Below, in pieces: positions 25,933 to 36,577 of a stretch of DNA of 64,000 bases (its first letter is position 1; the number at the start of each line of letters is the position of its first letter). The translations under genes were made by a program, and so were the position numbers. This stretch comes from Azolla caroliniana (taxonomy: Eukaryota > Plantae > Polypodiophyta). Location of the stretch: positions 1,488,001 to 1,552,000 of the forward strand of contig JBHGNT010000006.1 of NCBI GenBank assembly GCA_043228905.1, read 5' to 3'. A model generated the notes under the pieces. The model worked only from the letters and a program-made list of their open reading frames with translations. It was not told the origin of the DNA and ran no database searches.

Positions 25933-26598
25933 AGGGGGAGTTTGTTGGGATTACGGTCCCTCTGGATGGGATGGTCGGATATCCGGGAATCGGGAATGAA
26001 GACCCGGTTTCAGATCCGGATGATGAAGACCCGGTTCCGGATCCGGATGATGAAGACCCGGTTCCGGAGCCGGATGACGAATGTACCCGAAGAGAGATCC
26101 GGATGCGGGGACATATTTGTGAATATGTTTTGCCAAGGGCCCTTGAGGCTATATTTGTAAAATAGCCCGAAAGTCATATATGTATAAATATGACTTAGGG
26201 CAAACAGTTTTGTTGTTGTTGCTCATTTTTCTTGTTTTACACCTAGAGGGAGCGAAGTGAGAGCAGCCGAGAGAGAGAGTGAGAAAGAGAGAGAAAGGAA
26301 GAGGTCGACGCCTCTGTGTAATACCGCCGCCTGTGGCGAGGACAGCGAGCTCAAGGTCGTCGCCTTGCAGCTTGCCATTGTACATTCCCTGCGTATAGTG
26401 ATAGTTGGAGTCTTACACTCCCATGGTTTTTTCCCGTCTAGGGTTTTCCACGCTAAACCCTGTGCATTTGAGTCTCTCTCTGTGTGTTTTTTTACTGCTG
26501 CATTGATCCGTGTTCCCTCGGTTGTGGCCATCCGAGGAAGGTTTTTGGAAAGCGTAAACTCCTAACAATTTGGTATCAGAGCGACTGCAGTGCAGAAA

Positions 26599-29500
26599 AT
26601 GGAAGGCGGTAGCAGCGGGCAGCCGGGGATGATGGTGCTGAATGCGCAGAACTACGCCGACTGTAAGATAAAGATGGAGGATCTGCTCATTGTTCGGGAC
26701 CTGTATGAACCGATCGACAGGTCGGAAATACCCAAGGGGGTACTTGAGACGGAATGGAGGCTTCTGAACCGGAAAGCCGTTGCAACCATTCGGCAATACG
26801 TCGACGTGAGCGTTCTACAACATGTGGCGAACGACACCAACGCATATGAGATGTGGCGGAAGCTGTCGGGCCTCTACGAGAGGAAGAATGCGTTGAACCG
26901 GACCTCCCTGATGAGGAAGATAGTGAACCTCAAGTACCGGGACGGCGAGAGTATGGTGGAACACGTAAGCACGTTCATGGGATTCGTGAACCAGCTTGCG
27001 GCGATCAAGTTCCCGTTGGAGGATGCAATGCAAGCCATCATCCTGATGTGTACATTGCCGGAAAGTTGGGAGAACTTGGTGGTGACTCTCAGCACCTCCT
27101 GCACCGAAGATAACTTGTCCTTACAAACGGTAAAGACAAGCATTTTGAACGAAGAAGCGCGTCGGAGAGATAAAGAACCGACCTCCGATCCGAAGATGCT
27201 GCTTACCGAATCGGATCGGGGAAGACAACGGAACCGGAGTCCGCAAAGACGGGAGAAGTCGGGGACCCGGTCGCAGTCAAGAGGAAGGCCCACATGCTTC
27301 CACTGTGGGAAGCCGGGGCACTTTCGAAAGAACTGTCGACATTACCGAAAAGACAACGGAGCCGACGACACCGATTCGAAGAAGTCTTCGGAACGGAACG
27401 GTGCTTACCGGGGAGCCACGGACCGAAATGGTTCGGATCGGCGAGGGCAGGACCGGAAAGGAACGACGGCACTCGCGGCAAGTGAAGAAGAGATAATGCT
27501 CATTACCGAAGAGAGGGAGCTGAACCTTGCCGGTGAAGAGATGACCTGGGTGGTCGATTCCGGAGCGTCGTTCCACCTGACCCCGGAGAAGAAATACTTC
27601 TCATCCTACACAGCCGGTGAGCACGGCTGTGTCCGGATGGGAAATGAAGGTACATGCCGGATTGCCGGCATAGGAGACGTGTGGCTGATGACATCAACCG
27701 GATGCAAGATGCTGCTGAAGGATGTCCGACACGTTCCGGAGGTCCGATTGAACCTGATTTCGGCCGGGAGGCTAGACGATGAAGGCTACACGGGTAGCAT
27801 CCGGAACGGTGTCATGAAGTTCAGCAGAGGGAGCCTGATAGTGGCTCGGGCCCGGAAAGTCAACACACTGTACCTTATGAATGCCTGGTTGTGTCCGGAA
27901 GAGTTGAACGTGGCAGCCGACACTGCCGGTGAGCTGTGGCACAAGAGACTGTGCCACATGAGTGAGAAGGGGATGAACAGGCTCGCAGAAGACAACCTTA
28001 TTCCAGTGAAGCACGTGCACCTGGAGAAGTGCACCGATTGCCTGGCCGGTAAGCAGAACCGAACCTCCTTCCACTCAAGGCCACCGACGAGACGTAGTGC
28101 ACCATTGGAGTTGGTGCACACTTACGTGTGTCAAGTAGAAACGAAGTCACATGGCGGAGCCCAGTACTTCGTGACATTCATTGATGATCACAGCCGGAAG
28201 CTGTGGACGGCACCATTGAAGACAAAGGACCAAGTGTTGTGCGTCTTCAAAGAACTCCACGCGAGAGTGGAAAGGGAATCCGGCAAGAAGCTGAAAGCGA
28301 TACGAGCGGATAACGGAGGGGAATACCGGGGGCAGTTCGCGGAGTACTGTCGCTCGAAGGGAATCCGGCTCGAGTTTACTGTGCCGAAGACGCCGGAACT
28401 GAACGGGCTGGCCGAGAGGATGAACCGGACCATAATGGAGAGGGTCCGGAGTATGCTAGCACATGCGAAATTACCCAAGGGATTTTGGGCTGAGGCAATG
28501 TCGACGGCGACATATGTGATAAATAGATCACCCTCAGTACCCCTGGATGGAGACACGCCACAGAGAGTGTGGACTGGTAAGGAAGTGTCCTACCGGCATC
28601 TGAAGGTGTTCGGGTGTCTCGCATACGTGCATGTGGCAAAGGACCGGAGAGGAAAGTTAGATCCAAAGACCCGGCCATGCATATTCCTCGGTTACGGCGA
28701 CGACGAGTTCGGCTACCGAGTATGGGACCCGGTCGACAAGAAGATATTCAGGAGTCGAGATATCATCTTCATGGAGGACAAGACACTCGCCGACTGGGAG
28801 TCGGAGAAGAAGATGAAGAGCTCCAAGTCGACCAGTGAGAATCAACTCTACGAGGAGCAGTCCCGACCGGCAAGGGACCGGTTAGCACTCGAGGATCCGG
28901 CCGAAGACGGTGAAGAAACAGAACCGGCCGAGGAAGATGAAACTGATACCGGAACCGGCCCCGATCCCGAAATGGATTCGGATGAAGAGGAAACGGAGGA
29001 GCCGGTTACCGAAGCTCCGGAACGGAGATATCCTCTAAGAAAGAGAAGGGCCCCCCGGAGATTTCCGGAACCAGAGCACGTGCTGCTAACCGACGAGGGG
29101 GAGCCGGAGAGTCTTGAAGAAGCAAAGCTTGACACCCATAGCCGCAGATGGTTAAGTGCCATGCAGGAGGAGATGGATTCCCTGCGTGAGAACCACACAT
29201 ATGAACTTGTGGAGTTGCCGAACGGAAAGAGGGCACTTCGAAACAAGTGGGTGTTCAAGCTGAAACTGGGAGATGCCGAAAACCCCCCGAGATACAAAGC
29301 CAGGATCGTGGTGAAGGGGTTCCAGCAGAAGAAGGGCGTCGACTTCGACGAGATATTTGCCCCGGTAGTGAAGATGACCTCCATCCGGACGGTGCTGAGC
29401 ATAGCGGCAAGCATGGACCTCGAGGTAGAACAGATGGACGTGAAGACGACATTCCTTCACGGTAACCTCGAAGAAGAGATCTACATGCAGCAACCGGAAG

Positions 29501-30672
29501 GATTCGAGAAGAAAGGGAAAGAGCACCTGGTATGCCGGCTGAAGAAGAGCCTTTACGGACTGAAGCAGGCTCCCCGACAGTGGTACCGGAAGTTCGACTC
29601 CTTCATGACCGACGAAGGGTACCACAAAACGCAGTCCGATCACTGCGTGTTTGTGAAGAAGTTCGAAGGAGGAGACTTTCTAATACTCCTCCTGTACGTG
29701 GACGACATGTTGATCGTCGGACGGGACCAGGTCAAGATACGGATGCTGAAGAAGGCCCTTCACCGAACCTTCTCAATGAAGGACCTGGGTCCGGCGAGGC
29801 AAATACTAGGGATGCACATCATCCGGGACCGGAAGAAGAAGCAGTTGTGGCTGTCACAGGAGAAGTACGTGACAAAGGTGCTTCACCGGTTCAACATGTC
29901 GGAAGCAAGACCGGTTGGGTCAACCCTCCCGGCAAACTGCAAGTTGTCCAGCAAGCAAAGCCCCAAGACAAAGGCTGAGAAGGAGGACATGATGAAAGTA
30001 CCATATGCCTCTGCCGTCGGAAGCTTGATGTACGCAATGGTGTGTACAAGACCGGACATAGGATATGCAGTCGGAGTGGTGAGCCGGTACATGAGCAATC
30101 CTGGCAAAGAGCACTGGAACGCGGCCAAGTGGATACTCCGATACCTGAAGGGCACGGAAAACGTGTGTCTCCGATTCGGCTCCGGTAAGCCCGAACTCGA
30201 CGGCTTTACCGATTCGGATATGTCGGCTGATGCAGATACCAGCCGGTCCACATCAGGGTATGTGATGACGTATGCAGGGGGAGCTGTCTCGTGGCAGTCG
30301 AGGCTGCAGAAGACGGTTGCGTTGTCAACCACGGAGGCGGAGTACATAGCGGCTGTTGAAGCCGGCAAGGAAATGATATGGATGAAGGACTTCATTAGAG
30401 AGCTCGGTATCCGGCAGGAGGAGTACCGACTCTACTGCGACAGTCAGAGTGCCATCCACCTTGCGAAGAACGCGGCCTATCACTCCCGGACGAAGCACAT
30501 CCAGCGAAGATATCACTGGATCCGGGAAAGGATGGAAGACCAGGAGTTCGTGCTGACGAAGATCCACACGGACGAGAACGGGTCAGACATGCTGACCAAA
30601 GTGCTCACACCCGACAAGCTGGAAGCGTGCCGGAAGAGGGTCGGACTGGAAAGACATCCCATGCCGAAGTGA
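26599..30672 (+). CDS. Ty1/Copia Gag-Pol polyprotein (Tnt1-like), 1357 aa from the first ATG
   Basis: Single open frame with gag, CCHC (CFHCGKPGHFRKNC), protease VDSGAS, integrase HHCC and DD35E region, GKLD, RT (QMDVKT, LYVDD) and RNase H (FTDSD, EAEY, CDSQS). Confidence 0.97.
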   Translation: MEGGSSGQPGMMVLNAQNYADCKIKMEDLLIVRDLYEPIDRSEIPKGVLETEWRLLNRKAVATIRQYVDVSVLQHVANDTNAYEMWRKLSGLYERKNALNRTSLMRKIVNLKYRDGESMVEHVSTFMGFVNQLAAIKFPLEDAMQAIILMCTLPESWENLVVTLSTSCTEDNLSLQTVKTSILNEEARRRDKEPTSDPKMLLTESDRGRQRNRSPQRREKSGTRSQSRGRPTCFHCGKPGHFRKNCRHYRKDNGADDTDSKKSSERNGAYRGATDRNGSDRRGQDRKGTTALAASEEEIMLITEERELNLAGEEMTWVVDSGASFHLTPEKKYFSSYTAGEHGCVRMGNEGTCRIAGIGDVWLMTSTGCKMLLKDVRHVPEVRLNLISAGRLDDEGYTGSIRNGVMKFSRGSLIVARARKVNTLYLMNAWLCPEELNVAADTAGELWHKRLCHMSEKGMNRLAEDNLIPVKHVHLEKCTDCLAGKQNRTSFHSRPPTRRSAPLELVHTYVCQVETKSHGGAQYFVTFIDDHSRKLWTAPLKTKDQVLCVFKELHARVERESGKKLKAIRADNGGEYRGQFAEYCRSKGIRLEFTVPKTPELNGLAERMNRTIMERVRSMLAHAKLPKGFWAEAMSTATYVINRSPSVPLDGDTPQRVWTGKEVSYRHLKVFGCLAYVHVAKDRRGKLDPKTRPCIFLGYGDDEFGYRVWDPVDKKIFRSRDIIFMEDKTLADWESEKKMKSSKSTSENQLYEEQSRPARDRLALEDPAEDGEETEPAEEDETDTGTGPDPEMDSDEEETEEPVTEAPERRYPLRKRRAPRRFPEPEHVLLTDEGEPESLEEAKLDTHSRRWLSAMQEEMDSLRENHTYELVELPNGKRALRNKWVFKLKLGDAENPPRYKARIVVKGFQQKKGVDFDEIFAPVVKMTSIRTVLSIAASMDLEVEQMDVKTTFLHGNLEEEIYMQQPEGFEKKGKEHLVCRLKKSLYGLKQAPRQWYRKFDSFMTDEGYHKTQSDHCVFVKKFEGGDFLILLLYVDDMLIVGRDQVKIRMLKKALHRTFSMKDLGPARQILGMHIIRDRKKKQLWLSQEKYVTKVLHRFNMSEARPVGSTLPANCKLSSKQSPKTKAEKEDMMKVPYASAVGSLMYAMVCTRPDIGYAVGVVSRYMSNPGKEHWNAAKWILRYLKGTENVCLRFGSGKPELDGFTDSDMSADADTSRSTSGYVMTYAGGAVSWQSRLQKTVALSTTEAEYIAAVEAGKEMIWMKDFIRELGIRQEEYRLYCDSQSAIHLAKNAAYHSRTKHIQRRYHWIRERMEDQEFVLTKIHTDENGSDMLTKVLTPDKLEACRKRVGLERHPMPK

Positions 30673-31845
30673 AGGGGGAGTTTGTTGGGATTACGGTCCC
30701 TCCGGATGGGATGGTCGGATATCCGGGAATCGGGAATGAAGACCCGGTTTCAGATCCGGATGATGAAGACCCGGTTCCGGATCCGGATGATGAAGACCCG
30801 GTTCCGGAGCCGGATGACGAATGTACCCGAAGAGAGATCCGGATGCGGGGACATATTTGTGAATATGTTTTGCCAAGGGCCCTTGAGGCTATATTTGTAA
30901 AATAGCCCGAAAGTCATATATGTATAAATATGACTTAGGGCAAACAGTTTTGTTGTTGTTGCTCATTTTTCTTGTTTTACACCTAGAGGGAGCGAAGTGA
31001 GAGCAGTCGAGAGAGAGAGTGAGAAAGAGAGAGAAAGGAAGAGGTCGACGCCTCTGTGTAATACCGCCGCCTGTGGCGAGGACAACGAGCTCAAGGTCGT
31101 CGCCTTGCAGCTTGCCATTGTACATTCCCTGCGTATAGTGTAGTTGGAGTCTTACACTCCCGTGGTTTTTTCCCGTCTAGGGTTTTCCACGCTAAACCCT
31201 GTGCATTTGAGTCTCTCTCTGTGTGTTTTTTTACTGCTGCATTGATCCGTGTTCCCTCGGTTGTGGCCATCCGAGGAAGGTTTTTGGAAAGCGTAAACTC
31301 CTAACAAACTAGATCCGAAGACCCGGCCATGCATATTCCTCGGTTACGGTGACGATGAGTTTGGCTATCGAGTGTGGGACCTGGTCGACAAGAAGGTACT
31401 CCGGAGTCGAGACATTATCTTCATGGAGTACAAGACGCTCGTCGACTGGGAGTCGGAGATGAAGATAATGAACTCCGAGTCGACCGGTAAGGATCGATTC
31501 TACGATGAGCAGACCCAACCGGCAAGAGACCGGTTAGCACTCGAGGAACCAGCCAGTTACGGTGAGGATAACGATCCGGCAGAAGAAGAAGTAGAGGAAG
31601 CTGAAACCGGAAACTGTCAGGAACAGTACTAAGACAGAGAAGGACTTAGTACTAAAAGAAGTATTAGTACTAAGAGAGGTGAAGAACTCTCGAGAGAAGG
31701 AAAGAGTGAGTGAGAGGGAGGGAGGGAGAGAGAGAGAGATGATAAGAAAAGATATATATTATGTGAAGAAAATGTACAGTAACTAGGAGGCTTAAGACTA
31801 GCGTTGAACCGATTTGGTTCGAAATAATGCCTGGTGCCTGCCTCC

Positions 31846-31891
31846 TTTTATAGTGTTCTAAGGAATACTCCTGAAGTTTCTAGAATGTTCC
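31846..31891 (-). promoter_or_regulatory. Gypsy D LTR promoter: 4-unit heat-shock element (31872-31891) upstream of TATAAAA (31852-31846)
   Basis: tGAAg tTTCt aGAAt gTTCc is a perfect nGAAn inverted array about 20 bp 5' of the TATA box in element orientation. Confidence 0.6.
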
Positions 31892-31959
31892 AGAGAAATC
31901 TGGAATATACATCAATTTTCTATAATAAAACATAAATGAAAATAATATTCTACGTATTA

Positions 31960-32030
31960 CAATGTATAATCTAATGGTCAAGAGCTCGACCCATGTAGCA
32001 TAAGGTCATGGGTTCGAGTCTTGCCATATC
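31960..32030 (+). other. tRNA-like segment (Pol III A-box/B-box) inside the U3 end of Gypsy D LTR, antisense to the element
   Basis: A-box-like TAATCTAATGG (31967-31977) and B-box GGTTCGAGTC (32011-32020), with the tRNA T8-to-T54 spacing of 46 nt. Decayed T-arm ATGGG-TTCGAGT-CTTGC. Cloverleaf not intact. Confidence 0.55.
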
Positions 32031-35000
32031 ATGACACTATCCCCCCTTTAAAACGATGAGTGTAACGAGTTGTTTTGGATTGAGGACCCGGTTTGTCTGG
32101 ATATTGACGATGGAAGTCTTCAAGAAGAGCACGAGCATTGGTGACATTCTCTATCGGTTCCCAAGTACGCTCACTGGGACTATATCCTAGCCAATCGACT
32201 AGATAGTAGAGCTTGTTGCGAACAAACTTGGAATCAAGGATGGGGGCAACCTCGTACTCAGGTCCATCTTCAAGCTCGATCGGGGGTGGAGGCTGTGTAA
32301 TACGGCCTGGGATGGTGCTCTCTTGATAGGGTTCGAGAAAAGAACTATGAAACACCGGATGTATCCGAAGTTGTGGAGGTAGATCAAGACGAAAAGCGAC
32401 ATCATTAATCTTTCCTATAATACGGAAAGGACCTAATCGCCGATAATCCAACTTCTCGCATGGGCGAATAGTCTTGATGTGTCGCCGGAGTAGCCATACC
32501 TGATCTCTAATGTTAAAACTAGATGGGAGTCAATGACAATCCGCATAAACCTTGTGTGTTTGTTGAGCTTGTTGGAGATGAGTAGACAAATGCGCTTGTA
32601 TCTTGCGTAACCTCTCCAAACGATCCTTTGCGCAAGGATTTGTGGACACCTCTGGGGTTTCAAGTACACACCACCGGGGGTGACATCCCGTATAAGCATA
32701 AAATGGCGTAACTTTCGTGGATGCGTGGATAGAGTTGTTATAGGCAAATTCGGCGAAGTGGAGAATATCTGCCCAGTCATCCTGATGATAGCTGAGAAAG
32801 CACCACAGATACTGCTCCAGCGTTTGATTGGTTCGTTCGGCTTGGCCGTCGGTTTGTGGGTGGTAGCCAGAGGAGAGGTTACAACTGACCTTGAGCATGT
32901 TAAAAAGGTGCTTCCAGAATTTTGACATGAACTCGGGTCCACGGTCGCTGATGATACTATCGGGAAGTCCATGATGCCGACATACTTCACGCATGACAAT
33001 TTCGGCAGTGTCTTCACTGGAGATCTCCTTAGTACATGGCAAGAAATGAGCCATCTTCGTATATCGATCAACCACCGTTAGAATCGCATTGAACCCCTTA
33101 GAGACTAGAAGATCTGTGATGAAGTCTAGAGCAATGGACTGCCACGGCTTGCTTGGAATTGGTAATGGTTCTAATAAACCATATGGATGATGCCTTGGCA
33201 TTTTCGCTCTGCAGCATGTATCACAAGTTCGAACAAAATCCTCGACAAATTGTCGCATATAGGGCCACCAGAATGATCGTTGTACTAAAGGTAGTGTTTT
33301 AGTACTACCAAAATGCCCAGCTGTATATGTGTCATGAACGTTTTGTACTACTTGAAGGCGGCAAGAACCATTAGGAACATACAAAAGTTCTTTAAAGAAG
33401 AGTAATCCATCATGGTATTTGAATTGCCGATAGTCCGTACCTGGTGGTTGCGACTGTGAACACAACGCTCGACAGGGATCAATTTGTGCTAGTATAGCTT
33501 GGGCGAATGCATTTGTCTTCAAGTCTTCACGTATGGTATCGATAACGCGGGAATCCATGGGCATGTCAAAGATCTGTGTTGCTTGTAATCGTGTCGGTCC
33601 CAAGATGACTTGTTTTTGGTTATCGAAAGCTGGCTCGCCGGGACGGGGTGCTAGATACGAACGCCGTGATAATGCATCTGCCTTCCCTTGGTGCTTCCTC
33701 GGATGATATGTAATTTTGAAGTCGAAACGCGTGAGGAAGTGGGCCCACCGAGCTTGACGTCGATTCAACACACGAGCATCCTGAAAGTAGGCAAGGTTCT
33801 TGTGGTCACTAAATACGGTGACCGGATGAGAGGATCCCTCCAGAAAATGCCTCCATTGCATAAAAGAATCCACTATTGCCAATAGCTCCTTATCATGAAT
33901 TTCATAGTTGATTTCGGCGGCGTCAAACTTGCGTGAGTGAAAAGCCACAGGATGTAGCTTCTCATCATTCCCATGTTGTGACAAAATGCTCCCCAATGCA
34001 AAATCCAATGCGTCAGCTTCGATAATGAATGGTTTTTCCGGATCGACATGAGCTAGAATTGGAGCCGAGGTAAATGCCTTTTTAAGACTCTCGAAAGCCA
34101 CATCCGTTTCTTCATACCAGATGAACGGTTGTCCCTTCTTGGTAAGTTGTGTGAGAGGTAGAACGATCTTTGAGTAATATTGTATGAACTTCCGATAAAA
34201 ATTGGCAAAGCCTAAGAAGCATTGCACATCCCCACCGAACGTGGAGCGGAGTCTGCCATTCTACCACTGTTTTGACGAAATGATGTAGTCGAGAAATTCC
34301 ACTTGGTTGCATCCGAAACTTCATTTTTCCAGCTTTGCATACAAACCATGTTCTCGAAGTCGTTTTAGTACTAATAGTACATGAGAATCATGTTCTTCTT
34401 GGGTCTTTGAATAAACCAGTAGATCATCCAAATAGATGATCAAACAATCATCCAAAAGATCTCGGAATATATCATTAGCCATGTGTTGGAAGACTGCCGG
34501 TGCATTAGTGAGGCCGAACGGCATGACCGTATACTCCAAGTGCCCATATCTGGTGCGAAACACGGTCTTCCATTTGTCTCCTGGTCGGATCCGTACGAGG
34601 TTATATGCTCCCCGTAAGTCAATCTTCGTGAAGAACCTGGCACCATTGATCCGTTCTAAAAGACTTGAGATAAGGGGAAGAGCATACCTATTCTTGATTG
34701 TAACCTTATTCAGGCCACGGTAATCTACAACGAGACGAAGCGATCCATCCTTTTTCTTGACGAAGAAAATGGGCGCGCCCGCTGGAGATTTCGAATGCCG
34801 GATGAAACCATTTTCCAAATTCTCCTCTATATAGGCCCGAAGTACTTCCAGCTCGGTTGGTGACAAATTGTAGATCAGTCCCCATGGCAGCTCTTTTCCC
34901 GATTGTAAATCGATGGGGCAATCGTACGGTCGATGATGAGGAAGTGTGTTGGCTTGTACTTTATCGAACACATCGGTGTAATGACGATACTTCTCGGGAA

Positions 35001-36577
35001 GTTGAACGGTGGATTCTTCTTTAGTGGTGCTGGAGGGGTTTATTGATATTGCAAAGAGGAACATTTCCTCCTTGTGCCCTTCTTTACGCAACTGACGTAG
35101 CGAAATGGTTGCCATCTTCTGAGTTGACCCTTGGGTTTGTCGACACTAGATTTCTCTTGTTCTCCAATCTATGTCTGGGTTATGTAACTCGAACCACAGT
35201 AATCCTAAAACTATGGGATGTTCTGGGATACTAATAATATTAAATGATACTACACATGCTAAGTTATCTAGGACAATATTAATGGGCTCTGACTCTTCTA
35301 TGATATTTCCGGAAGCAATGGGACGTCCATCAATGACTACTACAGAGGCTGGACACTGGAGTTTTCTTAGGGATATCTTATGAGCTTGAGCAAATTTCTT
35401 ATCCATAAAGCAAGAGTTAGCACTGGAATCTAGGAGTGCTAGGACATGTACTGGAGGGGTACTTTTAGTACTAATTATTACTTGGGCTACGAACACATTA
35501 GTAACTTGCTTAGAGGGAATGGAACCACTAATGAGCTGCACAGATCTAGGGCTATCCAACCAAACGGCTCCTATTTTGGCTGGACTTAGTCGTTTAACTC
35601 TTCTTCTAACTGACTAAGGACATCAAATCTGTTCGCTAGATCTGGGCTATTAGTAATATTAGGACTATCAGATATCCCTACTGAAATAGGCTCGGGTTTA
35701 GTACAATTAGAACTAACGACTATTTGGTTTACTTGTCTTCTTGGCCTATGGGGGCAATTTATTGCAATATGTCCTGGTCCACCGCAGTAAAGACATAGTC
35801 GATTTATACGGCGTCACTGCTTTTCTTCTTCAGATAATGGCCCTCGACGACGTGTAATGTCAATCTCCATCGAAGTCGGAGTATTCGCTGGAGGCACATT
35901 ATATGACTCCCGCGTAGGTGGGCTCTGATCTTGCCCTCGGCATCTGTAGTTGTCGTTCCGAACGTCGCTCAAAGAGGCGGTTGTCACATCTCACCACGCG
36001 ACTGATTGCTTCTGTTAAGGACTTTGGCTCTTCGGGGAAGGTCAAGAGTAAATCCTTGACATCGTTGCGTAAACCATAACGGAATTGCTTCATCAACGCT
36101 TGATCATCCCAAGGGATATCGGCGGCGAGTAGGCGAAAATCTGTAGCGTATGCGGAGGCTGGACGGTCACCTTGGCGTAATCGCCGAATTTTGTTGATTG
36201 CGGTCCTGATGCTGTCAGTATCTCCGAAACATGCTTTAAACTCACCTAGAAACTCTTCAAAATTGTTGAGTAACGGAGATTCCTTTTCTAATAGTGGAGC
36301 GAACCATGCCAACGCTGAGCCACTTAACAAAGTCCCTACTAAACCCACTGGTGATGCATCGAAACCCTCTAAACTGTGATCGCGTTCCATCGAACTTCGT
36401 GGGAAGGCCAATCTTGGGTTCTTTATGAATCCCTTGTGTTCCGGGCCCTTGTTGTTGCATCGCTACGATGGTTGCTTCGAGTTGTTGCACGCGTAACGCA
36501 AGTTCCCCATGCTGTTGTTGTGTTTGCTGCTTTTCTAAGGAGATTTGTTGAAGATCCCCCAGCAACCGTTGGTTTTC

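Larger units (their letters stand above)
25040..31306 (+). mobile_element. Young Copia element C with three LTRs (partial LTR1 25040-25471, LTR2 25943-26567, LTR3 30683-31306)
   Basis: TSD AACTA at 25035-25039 and 31307-31311. TG...CA LTR ends; PBS-Met at 26571-26582; PPT GAAGTGAAGGGGGAG before LTR2 and LTR3. The LTRs differ by only a few substitutions. Confidence 0.96.
31615..36577 (-). mobile_element. Ty3/Gypsy chromovirus D (Tcn1-like), 5'-truncated; 3' LTR 31615-32036
   Basis: LTR TGTCA...TGACA; PPT AAAGGGGGGATAG adjacent to 32037. Gag (EPKIGLPTKFDG, LCLYCGGPGHIAINCP), protease LLDSSA, RT YLDD, RNase H, integrase, GPF and chromodomain (EYEV..ILDS...YLVDWLGY...TWEP) in Gypsy order, frameshifted. 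5' LTR absent. Confidence 0.93.

Noticed and set aside
25048-26165. Small ORFs with DDEDPVPDP / GLHHPDPEP repeats, and CRISPR-like look of LTR repeats (also 37620-37880, 39090-39270)
   Set aside because: Head-to-tail U3 tandem repeats without unique spacers; eukaryotic context, no cas genes.
26652-30567. Many antisense and alternate-frame ORFs over the Copia polyprotein
   Set aside because: Shadow ORFs expected from GC-rich coding sequence.
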